From a virus (Duplodnaviria; Caudoviricetes): a DNA stretch of 64,000 nucleotides. A program made the position numbers and the translations under genes. The notes below the pieces were generated by a model that saw only the letters and a program-made list of their open reading frames with translations, was not told the DNA's origin and did not search any database. This document shows, piece after piece, positions 36,490 to 47,500 of this stretch (positions are counted from its first letter, which is position 1; each line of letters starts with the position of its first letter). Location of the stretch: IMG/VR virus record IMGVR_UViG_2871871566_000003, positions 1 through 64,000 of that record; one strand, written 5' to 3'.

Positions 36490-36526
36490 AAGAAGAAGGG
36501 CGAGTCGAAAGATTCACCCTTTTCTT
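36490..36526. terminator. Bidirectional terminator
   Basis: AAGAAGGGCGAGTC-GAAA-GATTCACCCTTTTCTT. Confidence 0.75.
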
Positions 36527-36770
36527 ATGCTATATCATCAGGAGTCATTTCATCAATTCTGTCTCTCAACATTTTAATAATATCAAGTTGTTTGTCAAAA
36601 GCATCTTGCAATATCTTAACAGATGCTTATAATGCCACACCATTAATACTACGGCTTATATCTTCATACCCAGTATCGCCTCTATCAGGACCATCTTCAT
36701 TCATACCACCGCAGCTTCCAATAGCGACCAACACAATTTCTATGAGAACAACCCATTCTTCTGTTTTCAT
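36525..36770 (-). pseudogene. Small membrane/lipoprotein-like gene with in-frame TAA at 36629-36627
   Basis: MKTEEWVVLIEIVLVAIGSC...NGVAL*ASVKILQDAFDKQLDIIKMLRDRIDEMTPDDIA*. Confidence 0.5.
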
Positions 36771-36779
36771 AACTGTCTA

Positions 36780-37058
36780 TTAATAATCATCATAATCAGC
36801 TTCCGATTCTGCATCTGAAGCAGCATCGTAAGCATCACTAAAACTTCCATCGTCTAGTGCGGCTTGAACGTCTTCCGCATAAGATCTTGCATTGTCTAAC
36901 TTTTCTTGCAATTCATCTATATACTCAGACTGCTCGCTGATTTCTTTCTTTAGAATCATAATTGTATCGTTTTTAGATTCTATCTCCTCTTGTATATCTT
37001 TCTTTGATGGTCCACAAGATAGGAGAAACATACAAAATATTAATGGCAAGTATCTCAT
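36780..37058 (-). CDS. Lipoprotein with coiled coil
   Basis: Lipobox FLLSC; acidic C-terminus. Confidence 0.7.
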   Translation of the reverse strand: MRYLPLIFCMFLLSCGPSKKDIQEEIESKNDTIMILKKEISEQSEYIDELQEKLDNARSYAEDVQAALDDGSFSDAYDAASDAESEADYDDY

Positions 37059-37273
37059 ATTTGTTTCTTTTTATAACATAATTTGCAAGCTTTTCGATTG
37101 TCCTTCTTAGCTTGCGCTAAACTAATTTCTTTAATTTCTCCAGTGCAGTGTCGAAGACCTCTACAGGTTTTTGTCTTATGATAAGCATAGGAATTTGGTC
37201 CTGTACAGATATAAACGCCATTGTTTTCTATGGAAGAAAAGAAAAGTATCGCAAAAAGTAAAAACGTTTTCAT
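37055..37273 (-). CDS. Secreted small Ada-type metal-binding-like protein
   Basis: Signal peptide; VYIC..YAYHKTKTC ... ACKLC. Confidence 0.65.
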   Translation of the reverse strand: MKTFLLFAILFFSSIENNGVYICTGPNSYAYHKTKTCRGLRHCTGEIKEISLAQAKKDNRKACKLCYKKKQI

Positions 37274-37275
37274 TA

Positions 37276-37815
37276 TTAAAAATCACTAGCCTCATTTATA
37301 TAATAATGTGGACCATAATAGAGAGTAACATATATATAAGTTGATCCACCCTTGCTTTTAGATTTTTACACAATTAAAGTACATGAAGGGTTTTCTTCTG
37401 GGGCAGTTCCTGGCTCTGCAAAATTATAGCACTGGTAACCTTGTTCGTTTATCCATGTATAACCTGTTGTGTATTTCTTACTTAATGTAAGTCGCAAGTT
37501 TTCCCTAAAGTTTTTTGCTTGTTGTGGAGCATTAACGGAAAAGTTCTTTTGAAATTCTGCATAATAAAAGTACGAATTGCTTCCACTATACTGAAAATCA
37601 AACTCTCCCATATTGAATATATAATCACCAACAGATATATCGAAGACCCTTAGCGTTCCTTTATCTTCCATCACGCTCAACGTCCCATATCTATTTTCCA
37701 GGGAAGCCTTGACGGAACTATAACTGTTCCCGAAATTTATACCTAGCACTGAATCTTGTGCAAGTATAGCAATAGGTAAACATACTAAATAAAGCAAAAA
37801 CAATAATTTCTTCAT
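37276..37815 (-). pseudogene. Secreted protein gene with in-frame TAA at 37368-37366
   Basis: Signal peptide; the frame continues after the stop as KSKSKGGSTYIYVTLYYGPHYYINEASDF* to 37276, abutting the next ATG. Confidence 0.55.
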
Positions 37816-38021
37816 ATTGATAATATACTAAAACGTTATTTTCCTGCAAAAGTAGCAAAAATATCAATAGGTTGTACCGGTCAAAGCTTACTTTCTTCCT
37901 AGTTTAGAATTTTGCTAAATAATTGAGCATCATCTTACTCATCATAAATCCTTGAAAAACAGTTATCTAAACCTCAAAAACTTTATTTTGAGCATAGTTA
38001 GGCAGAGCCTCATCTTCTTCG

Positions 38022-38029
38022 TAACTTTG
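38022..38029 (+). promoter_or_regulatory. -7 box of the six-gene operon
   Basis: TAACTTTG 42 nt upstream of ATG 38072; lacks the late 16-bp element. Confidence 0.6.
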
Positions 38030-38071
38030 CACCAAGTTCAATAGTGAACGAAACGAATAAACTATTTCATT

Positions 38072-39022
38072 ATGTCAGAATCTAAGACATACATCTTTGG
38101 TGAAAACCAAAACGGATGTTCAAACGGTATGCTTGGACTTCTTGCTCCTCTGCTCCAGAAGCAGGGTGTAGATCCAAATGTGCTTCTCGCCATGAAGGGC
38201 AACAATGGCTTCGGCGGTGAAGGTGGTTGGTTCATGTGGGTTATATTCCTCTTCTTCCTGATGGGTTGGGGCGGCAATGGCTGGGGCGGCTTCGGCAATA
38301 ACGGTCGTGGTGGTCTTGCTAACGAGATTAACAACGACAATGGTCGTGCCCTCTTGATGGATGCCATCGGTGGCAATCGTAATGCGCTCAGCAATTTGGC
38401 TACTCAGCTCAATTGTACCGAAGGTCAGATTCAGAATGCCATTTCTGCCTTGACTTCTCAGGTTCAGAGCGTGGGTAATCAGGTAGGTATGAGCGGCATG
38501 CAGACCATCAATGCTTTGCAGCAGGGTAACATGCAGATTGCTCAGCAGATTGCAAACTGCTGCTGCGAGAACCGCTTGGCTATCTGCCAGCAGACTGGTA
38601 CATTACAGAATGCCATCAACAACGTGGCTGTAGGTCAGGAGCGCGGCTTCTCTAACGTAGCTTACGAAACCCAGCGCCAGACTTGCGATTTGCATAACGC
38701 CATCAAGGAAAGCACTCAGACCATCGTTGACGGTCAGAAGCAGGCTGAGATGCGCGAAATGCAGAACAAGATTGATTCTCTGCGTGAGGAGAACAGTACC
38801 TTCAAGGCTTCCGCAATGACTTCACAAATCGTGGGTCAGGCTGTAGCACCAATCAATCAAGTTCTGGCAGGTCTGCAGAACGAGGTTGCAGGTATCAAGT
38901 GCAAGCTGCCAGAGACAGTAACCACCCCTTATAGCCCATTTACTGCGGTTCCTAACTGCGTGGCTTATCAGGCAGGTTTGTATGGTTTGAATGCTGCTAA
39001 CGGTGCAGGATTCTGGGGTTAA
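38072..39022 (+). CDS. Gly/Trp-rich, TM-containing, Asn/Gln coiled-coil protein with CCC motif
   Basis: GGWFMWVIFLFFLMGWGGNGWGG, long N/Q heptads, ANCCCEN, C-terminal PYSPF..VPNC..GFWG. Confidence 0.8.
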   Translation: MSESKTYIFGENQNGCSNGMLGLLAPLLQKQGVDPNVLLAMKGNNGFGGEGGWFMWVIFLFFLMGWGGNGWGGFGNNGRGGLANEINNDNGRALLMDAIGGNRNALSNLATQLNCTEGQIQNAISALTSQVQSVGNQVGMSGMQTINALQQGNMQIAQQIANCCCENRLAICQQTGTLQNAINNVAVGQERGFSNVAYETQRQTCDLHNAIKESTQTIVDGQKQAEMREMQNKIDSLREENSTFKASAMTSQIVGQAVAPINQVLAGLQNEVAGIKCKLPETVTTPYSPFTAVPNCVAYQAGLYGLNAANGAGFWG

Positions 39023-39037
39023 AGAAAGGAGGCTGCT

Positions 39038-39382
39038 ATGTTATGGTTAAGACCTTTTACTTGGGTGAATCGTAACGGTTCGGCGGCTATCGCTTCAACA
39101 GGCGTGAAGGTGAATACTGCCGATGTGGTGTTCACCTTTAAAAACCACGCCTTCGTGAATGCCAACTACAGAGGAACGATCTTCGTAAATCTGAAACAGG
39201 CTATTCCGACTGGAACGACTGGTACGCTGCCTATCCTTTTCGAGACCAACGGCGTAACCCAAGCCGTAACCAAATTCGATGGTGAGGCATTGACGGTTGC
39301 AGACGTGCCGGGAACTGGAGTGGTTCAGCTCTGGTTTGAGAGAGACACTAACACCCTTCAGCTAATGACGGGTATTGTTTAA
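39038..39382 (+). CDS. Small beta-sandwich protein of the six-gene operon
   Basis: 114 aa alternating hydrophobic strands. Confidence 0.75.
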   Translation: MLWLRPFTWVNRNGSAAIASTGVKVNTADVVFTFKNHAFVNANYRGTIFVNLKQAIPTGTTGTLPILFETNGVTQAVTKFDGEALTVADVPGTGVVQLWFERDTNTLQLMTGIV

Positions 39383-39412
39383 CAAACAGAATAGATAATA
39401 GGAGATTACATT

Positions 39413-39913
39413 ATGTTTCAAGGTTTAAGAACAAATTCTTTATTCTATGTCCTAGATAAGGGCGAAAACCCGAACTTGCAGATTGGTCAGGTTGTTTCGG
39501 TCAGCAACCCTCAGACGAAATATCCTACCTTCAATAATGGATTCACGCCTCAGCCTATGGAAACAGTGGTTGATGTGAAGGTGAAACTGAACGACGAGGA
39601 GGTGGATTTCAAACAGCTACCTGCTAACGGACAGATAGCAAACGACAAGAACCTTGTGGTGAGCGACAACAAGGAAGCCATGAGTGCAGAGGTTGACACG
39701 ATGCTGAGACAATCCAAGGCGATACTGGAGAGCGTAGATTACCACAAGAAAGTCGTTGATTCTTGTGAGGGAATGCTACTGCAGCTCAACCCCCAGATAG
39801 CCAAGGAGAGGGAACAGACAGAGAAGATCAGCAAGCTTGAAGGCAAGGTTTCTGGCATGGAGGGCAAGCTCGACAAGATGATGGGATTGCTCCAACAGGC
39901 GATAAACAAGTAA
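39413..39913 (+). CDS. SH3-like N-terminus plus coiled-coil protein
   Basis: GQVVSVSNP motif; C-terminal heptads. Confidence 0.75.
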   Translation: MFQGLRTNSLFYVLDKGENPNLQIGQVVSVSNPQTKYPTFNNGFTPQPMETVVDVKVKLNDEEVDFKQLPANGQIANDKNLVVSDNKEAMSAEVDTMLRQSKAILESVDYHKKVVDSCEGMLLQLNPQIAKEREQTEKISKLEGKVSGMEGKLDKMMGLLQQAINK

Positions 39914-39947
39914 TCTCCTATCTATTCACTTTTAAAATCTTAGAATT

Positions 39948-40223
39948 ATGATAATGGTTGAGATTACAGAAGACAAGTTTGATGGCTTGTATGAGAACGT
40001 GGAGAAGGGCTTGCGCTACTTGGATAAGGCGATGAACTGCCTGGGCGAAATGAAGCGTGAAGGCAGACGTGACCGATACGGCGAGCGCAACCGCATGCCC
40101 GATTACAGAGGTCGTGGAGGCAGAAGTGGTATGCGAGAGCATGAAGAGTACGACGACATGCGCCAACGTGAAGACAGAGACCGTGGAGAACGTGATTATC
40201 GAAGCTACGGCGACGAGTATTAA
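39948..40223 (+). CDS. Small protein with Arg/Asp/Glu/Tyr low-complexity tail
   Basis: MIMVEITEDK.. helix then RDRYGERNRMPDYRGR.. Confidence 0.7.
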   Translation: MIMVEITEDKFDGLYENVEKGLRYLDKAMNCLGEMKREGRRDRYGERNRMPDYRGRGGRSGMREHEEYDDMRQREDRDRGERDYRSYGDEY

Positions 40224-40231
40224 CTAACTTG

Positions 40232-40272
40232 GGGTTTGGTAGTGAAACAGTTTTCGTTACCAAACCCTTTTT
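40232..40272 (+). terminator. Hairpin plus T-run inside the operon
   Basis: GGGTTTGGTAG ... TTACCAAACCC then TTTTT. Confidence 0.6.
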
Positions 40273-40287
40273 AATATCAGAAAGATT

Positions 40288-40701
40288 ATGGAAAGAAAAT
40301 ACAGACAATCTTTGAACGCCTACGATTATCAGCCGGAAGAAATGAGGGCTTACCTTCGCTACAATGGTTGGCACTTCAATAAGAAAATGTGTGAGTGGGC
40401 AGTAAAGCAGATGCGGAAGAACGGTAAGCCTATCCGCATGATGAGCAAGGATGATATAGAGGACATCTTAAAGAAGAATAACATCGTGCTGGAGAATAAT
40501 GTGGGCTATGATGCTGTTTACATCGCACACATGTGTCTGGCTGATTTCTACGGCTCGTCTATCACAGAAGAAAAGCAGATGGCCCAGTTCATCAAAGACT
40601 ACGTAGATGATGAGGATCAGCAGGACGGTTTCATCTTCAACCGCTTCTATGCAGATACATCATTTAATGGTGTGGGCATTCCTTGGGAAGAAATTCTTTA
40701 G
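40288..40701 (+). CDS. Helical hypothetical protein
   Basis: YNGWHFNKKMCEWAV ... YDAVYIAHMCLADFY ... DYVDDED. Confidence 0.75.
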   Translation: MERKYRQSLNAYDYQPEEMRAYLRYNGWHFNKKMCEWAVKQMRKNGKPIRMMSKDDIEDILKKNNIVLENNVGYDAVYIAHMCLADFYGSSITEEKQMAQFIKDYVDDEDQQDGFIFNRFYADTSFNGVGIPWEEIL

Positions 40702-40733
40702 TGATTAATTATTAGTGATTATTGATTAGTTGA

Positions 40734-41120
40734 ATGACTGAACAGGAGATATATTTGGAAAGGTATGACTGGGCAGTACATGTAATGTACGATGTTCATT
40801 CTAAGGATGCCATGAAGGTAAGAAGGCATCTTCGGGATTTGGGATGCGCCGGCATTCCTCTCGAAGATGCCTGTAATCTCGTGCTCGAAGGTCAGCCCAA
40901 CAAAGGCATCACCTATTCCAACATAGACACTCGAAAAACGATAGTAGTAATAGGTTGGACCACCTCAAAAGGGGAGTACACGAATAGCCTCACCCACGAA
41001 ATGCTCCATGTAGTTCAGCACATATCCGAGCAGTTCCTTATAAATATGTACACCGAAGAACCCTGCTACCTCCTAGGCTCCCTCTGCCAAGCCGCCACAA
41101 GCAAGAAAAGCCCCCTCTAG
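40734..41120 (+). CDS. HExxH zincin-like metallopeptidase
   Basis: SLTHEMLHVVQHI followed by EEPCY. Confidence 0.65.
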   Translation: MTEQEIYLERYDWAVHVMYDVHSKDAMKVRRHLRDLGCAGIPLEDACNLVLEGQPNKGITYSNIDTRKTIVVIGWTTSKGEYTNSLTHEMLHVVQHISEQFLINMYTEEPCYLLGSLCQAATSKKSPL

Positions 41121-41284
41121 CCCCCGTTCCTCAGCATTTTATGCTGAGTCCCTCCCTGCTTATTTATTTAGCAAAAGTCTAAACTATGCAGAAATTGCCC
41201 TCAAACCGATACAACCTATCAATATTATCTGTACCTTTGCACGAAAATAAGCTAAATTAAGGAAGAATTTTAATTCTATCAATT

Positions 41285-41500
41285 ATGAGCAAATATAAAT
41301 TGAACATTTATCAAATTCAAGAGAAAGAGACTCTTGATGTAAACTTAATCAGTCTTAAAGACAAGATTGAGGCTATTATGAAAATTGACGAAACAGTGTC
41401 TAATGCTCCAGCAGCATGTTTTAAAGAAAATGAAGAAACCCCATTTGCTATAGCTTACAAGAAAGCTAATGGCGAAGTGGTTTTCTATTACCCAGAGTAA
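41285..41500 (+). CDS. Small hypothetical protein with its own promoter
   Basis: 71 aa; TACCTTTG box about 50 nt upstream. Confidence 0.6.
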   Translation: MSKYKLNIYQIQEKETLDVNLISLKDKIEAIMKIDETVSNAPAACFKENEETPFAIAYKKANGEVVFYYPE

Positions 41501-41505
41501 GTTTT

Positions 41506-41540
41506 AAAAAGGGAGTGAGCCTTGCGCCCACTCCTTTTTT
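41506..41540. terminator. Bidirectional terminator
   Basis: AAAAAGGGAGTG ... CACTCCTTTTTT between convergent stops. Confidence 0.75.
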
Positions 41541-41543
41541 ATA

Positions 41544-44500
41544 TTATTCCAATCTATCCAGTTCATCCACCGCATCCATCATGATCCTGTCAATATTCTG
41601 GTTAGCGAAGTTGATGCTCTCGGTATCAGAAGACTTATCTCTGAGCTTCTTCCATCGCTTCATCTGCTTCTCTGCCAGCTCGATGATTCTAACCTTGGCA
41701 GCCTCCTTGGAGTTTTGGAATTGATAATACTCACCTATATTCGTGATTCTCTTGTCAAGTGGAACGTTCTTCGATTTCAGTCGGTCTACGTTGGCCATGG
41801 TCTTCTCCATTTCGTCTTTATAGTTATACCACTTGCTCTTTGTTCGCTGCAAGCTGCTCTGCTCGCTAGGCGTATAAAGAAGGGAACGAAGGAAAGGAAT
41901 GTCCTTGGTTTCAGTATCTTTACCGTTCTTTATTAAACCGCCAACTCGCTCAACGAATGTTGCAGCACCACCAAAATAACTTCCGTAGAAGTGATGCAAG
42001 GCAGAAGGATTTGTAACCGCATCCAAGAAGTCATTGCCTTTCATATCCTCGTTGCCCGGCGCAACATCATTTGTCAAGGCATTAACCTCCTTATTCCTAT
42101 TAATCATCCACTCTGGCGTTCCCTTATATGCAAGCATCCATGATGGCTGATTCTCATCGAACTTATTTTCTCGCTGAATAGGAGCACCCTTCCAATCGCT
42201 ATTATAAACCCACTCCAGGAAAGGAGAAGTTGCAGAAGGGGCTAACGCCTTGATGGTTTCCTGCCAAGGATGCTTGCCAAATGAAGAGTTGCCAAGATAA
42301 TCTGCTACTGGGACCAGCTGAGACATGCAGCCTACAGCGTCCATAAACGGATTCAGATACTTGTCAATATCCTTATTCTCCGTAAGGTTCGGCATCTTCT
42401 GGCTTGAAATATTCTTCGAGAAAGTCATGCCGGCAGCAAAGTCACCCAAGCCATAGAAAGCTCTCTCCTCAATCGCAAGCGGAATAGTAACAAACTCTCC
42501 ACCGCCAATATACACACAGAGGTTATTTCTTCTGATATAATCAGGCAGCTCGCCGTATGGGTCCTTCACGCCCTTTCTATCTTTCTCGTCCTCATTACTG
42601 ATGATGAAGTTATTAAGAAGGGCCATGGCCATACCACTAATAAATGGAGCACTGGCAATATAGCCGATGGTTCCAACCTTGTTGTTCTTGAAGTTCTTAA
42701 TCAGGAGATTAGTACTCTGAATACCGGCATTGAAGAACATGGAAGAATTTCTGAACCATGAAGCTGTGAATCCATAGATATTCCTTCTTGCAGTCTTAAA
42801 AGACCCCATTTCTCCATTCTTGAAGGAGTAAACAGCATTACCAGAACCATGTCGGTTAAAGTTGGTAGATACTTTCTTCGCGTCATAAACAGAACGGATA
42901 ATAGAACGGTTACTGTCTCGGCTAGCGCAATAGGTTGCGAAGCGAGCAAGATTCTCTGCAATTTCGTTTACATTCTCCAAGTTTTTGAAGATAGCATTAT
43001 AAAAGCCCTTTCCGACTTTTTGAACTCTGCTTCGTTCACCTTTAATGTGCATCTTGTATTCCTTGGTGAAGTCCTTCATGTTCTTGATTTGTACCCAACC
43101 GGTTTCGCCTCCGTTCTCCATGAACTCCTTGAAGTATCTATGTAATTTGTTGGTAGTATCAAGTGTACCATTGCGATACTTGGCATAAAGACCGAAGCCG
43201 CCGGTATCTGCAAAGTCTTTCAACTTTGAATTTCTGATTCCCTCAATAATACCAACCTTTGCATAGTACTGTTCAAATCTCTTGGTATAAACAAGACCTT
43301 CATTTGCCAAGAGGTTAGTCGATGCATACTCAAAGTCCTTGATCATATTTCGCATCACGAACTCAGGATTGTATGAAGTACAGAGTTGAGCCATATTTCT
43401 TGAAATGCTAGCGGCTACTCGTCCTGCAAGTGTATCATTCTTATGCTCCAGCAATCCATTCAACGCCTGCGCTGCTCTAGGATTTCCGTTAATAATAAAA
43501 GAATGTGTCCTTCCGGCAATCTTCACATCTACGATATGCTGCGATTTGTTCTCTGCTCTTTGGAACTTATATCCGATACTGCCCCTGCGGTAAACCTTCG
43601 ACGCCAAACCCTGTGCAGACTTCGCATTCATGTCCGTATTGAAGTCTGCAACTATCTGGTTGATTTCGTCTGGGGTAGCATCATCAGGAATATCTGGATA
43701 ACGCTCATATACGATACCAGTCATAGGGTCCTTCTCGTACCATACGCTTACTTCGGTAATCAGATTATTGTTCGAGTTGTTTCTTGCGAATCTTGCAAAC
43801 GCCATTTTGATGGCATTCATACCACTGTTCTTGATGGCTCTGTTGCCCATCGCACCAATCTGCGCCAGCACGTTTGTCTCACTCAGATACTTGTGTCCTC
43901 TCGCTCTCATAATCGTGCTTCCGATGTAACTCTTCGGGTCGCCCTGCTCAGTAATGTAGCCGTAGGTATCTTCTGCAGTAGCCTCATCATACTTTCTCAA
44001 AGGCACATACCAGTTGAACATATTCGATACATGGCCGTGCAATTCCTTACTGATGATACCATTCTTGTAATCGCTGTCAATAGAATACTGGGTAGCAGCC
44101 TTCACCTTTTCCCAATAGTCCTTCACAGCTCCCTTCTTGATGCTCTCCATCTTCGCTTCCGAATCCATCACGCTCTGAATAGCCTCGGCATCATTGTAAG
44201 GGTCAGAAGATTTCGCCACCTCCTGAATAGCGTGCATACCCGAATAGTCGTGCTCGCCAGCATCGAAGTCTGCATCAAAGTGATTTCTGATACTCTCATC
44301 CAACTGTCTGTAGTACTCCTTCAGGTCGATGTTGCCAGCCTTCAACTCGTTATCAAGATACTCCTTATCGCTATAATAACTGTTTTCCAAGAAGTCAGCA
44401 TCCTGCTTCTTCTGCTCGTCCATCCTCATCTTCTTCAGGAAGTCACGAACAAAGAACACTCTGTTTCGCTCCAAACCATGCTTGGTAATCATGTAGAGAT

Positions 44501-47500
44501 TGAAGTTTCTGATCTTCTCATCATCCTTCTTGCCATCGAAAGCATCCAGTACGCCGGCCATGGCCTTATCAAGAGGCTTCATTACATTGCGCTCAAACAT
44601 CTGAGCCGCATCACTCATCGCGCCCTGCATGGTGTTCTGCAACATATAAGGATTCTCCGAAGAAGCAATATCCTCAATCTTCTTGTCAGGCACAATCGCA
44701 TTCATCAGTTTCTTCAACGAAAGCATATTGTCCATATAGCTCTCGGTAAACATATAGCCATGCTCGTCAAGTGAACGATGGTATCTGTCAAGTGCCGTGC
44801 CGGCAGATGGGGTAGTACGGAAGTGAATCTCACCATCTGTAACCTCATTCCACTCAGCCTTGGTAAGATTATCCATACTTCTAACCTTTCCGTCATTTCC
44901 GTAGAACATGCCATCGTGCGCCACGACAGCAGGCATACGCTCATGGTCGAGACGGTATTTCACCGCCTCGGCTCTAAGTTTCCAATAAGGATCATTTGGA
45001 TTCTTCTGCAAGTTCTTGCTCAACCAGAGCAGATACTTCACATCTTTAGTATTAGGAGCAACACGATAACCGATTTCATGAAGGAAATCAGATACCTTGT
45101 TTTTGATACCATTCCAGAAGCCAGCTTCACCCTTGCCATCCTCGGCGAGTCGCGCGATACCTTCCTCAATAGCATCATAGATATTCAGAGGATTGAACTT
45201 TCTCTCCTCATCCACCAGCTTCTTCAAAGCCGCATTCTCAGGCTTATCCAAGTCGTACCACACTTCACGAAGGAACTTATCGAATCGTTCATCACCAAAC
45301 AACTCTCTCATTCCCTTGTGTCCAACTACCTCATGCCAGATAGTCTTCTCGGCAGTATATCTGTCGTGGATATTAGGCATATAAAGATGCACCTCGCCAG
45401 TCTTCTCATCATACCAGCCAGTAATCTTTCTGCCTTCCTCAATAGCAGCCTTCGCCGCCTTGTTGGTGATTTCATCAACCGATGAAACCATGTTCACCTT
45501 TGCGCCAGTCTTCTGAGCCACCTTTTCTACATGGTTTTCAACCGATGAAGTAGGGTAGTTGCCATCGCCGTGGTCCGTGCGGAACTTAGTGCCACCGTCT
45601 TTGCCCCATTCCTTGAAGGCATCCTTTGTCATTTTCACGTTGACGAACTTAGCCTGAGGGAACTCCTGTTCCAGTTCAGCCATCTGCTTCAAGAACTTCT
45701 CCTTTGTTTCAGGGTTCTGTCTGCCTTGCTCTACGGTAGTGATAGGCACACCAAGTTTTACTAACTCTCTCAACTGGTTAGGGGTAACTACGTTCCAAGG
45801 GATAGCCAATCCTGTTCCTCTCAGTTGGTCGGCGATTTTCTCAGCAACCTCCTCGTCAGGCAATATTCTTACTGCCTTTCTCCATCTAGAGAGCATCACG
45901 CTTCTCTGTCTGTCCTTTGGCAGAAGGCTGTTGACTGTTCCAGAAGTCCAAGGCACCAAGCCCACAGAGTTCTTTGCGCCCTCGGCGTGATAGCTGCTAG
46001 TCTTCTCGCTCTCAGGAATCTCCCATTCAACAACCTTGATGTTGCCTCTGGCGTAAGCACCAGAGAACTGGTCGTTCATCACCGAAGTGGAAGTGTGCAT
46101 GTAAGGGTTATAAGCCGCTGGCACTGGTCCTTCACCTGCCCCAGGGTTCTTATCGGTCTTCACAAGTTGGAACTTGCCGTTCTTCACAAGGTCCGGCCGC
46201 TCGTCTGCGCCCATCCAAGCACCAATCTCGGTAGCATCGGTACGCTTTCCGTCAATAATAGCAGCCATAGGAGAGTACAACTTTCCGTCCACCTCCTGCA
46301 TACCGCTATACATTCTGAAAGTCTTTTCCTTGTTGAGGCGGTCCAACTCGTCCTTGTCTGTAACCTTATAGGCAAATCCGTCCTGCTCAATATCATTCAT
46401 GGAAATATCATCAATGGTTTCATTGAAATCATCCATGATGTCGTTGATAGCCTTATCCATCTTATCCTTCTCAGAAACCTCAAAGAGCTTCTTCCAAGCA
46501 TCCTTCAAGCGTTGCAGGATAGAACGGTCGCCCTTTCTTGCAAACTCATGTGCTGCATTCACAACTTTATCCCAGATAGACAGGCCCATCGCCTTTCTCT
46601 GTCTAGAATCTGCCATCTGAGCAGTCAGCTCGTAAGCATCAGACAGACCGTAAGGCTCTTCTTTGAAGCGTTCCTTATCGTCCTTTACCTTGTCGTAGAT
46701 TTCGAGGATGGTCTTTACGCCCTCTATCTGCTTAGGAGTCAGCATGCCCTCAGCCTTGCCTTTCTTAACGAGATTGATAGCACCCATTGTTACCTCATGA
46801 ATCATTTCATGCAGCATAATAGTAGGGGCAGCGTAGTCTGGAGCCTTGGTCTTTGTCAGGCCATCAATATACAAATCAATGTTCCTGTAGGTGTCTGCTT
46901 CTCCTGATCTCTTCTTCGGACTCTCGGCACTTACCTTGATGTTAACACCAAGACGTTTGTTTATATCGAGAACTCTTTGGAAGAGTTTAGCCTTTCCTTT
47001 ATCTCTATTTGTTTCTTTAAAAATTCGTTCAACGGCTCCAAGTGTGAACGCTCCTCCTGGCTGCAATCCCCAAGTCTCTCTGAGATTCTTTGCTCTAGCG
47101 TCTCTATAGGCAAGTTCTCTGTCAGCGACGGCGAGAACGGTCTTATAATATTGCAGTAGATAAGAGCCTTTATTTCCCTTACCGTCGTTCTTACTACCAA
47201 GATGTCGTCCGGTATGCTGTCCTGATAACTTTTCAACTTTTCTTTCATAATCATTCTTGAAATATTCTATAGTACTTCTGCCATAATCAGAAAAATCATC
47301 CAAGGCAGAGCTTACATCATTAATAATTCCAGACTTATCTCTGTCTTCTGCATGCTCTACAATGTCTTCAATGGCAGAATCAAACTTCTTTTCAATCTGC
47401 GAAGATACGTTTTTATCTACATCTTCGGGAATGATTCTACCTTTCTTAACATCTTTTGTATCTGTTTTAGAATACTGCAAGCCTCGGTCCTCACGGAAGT

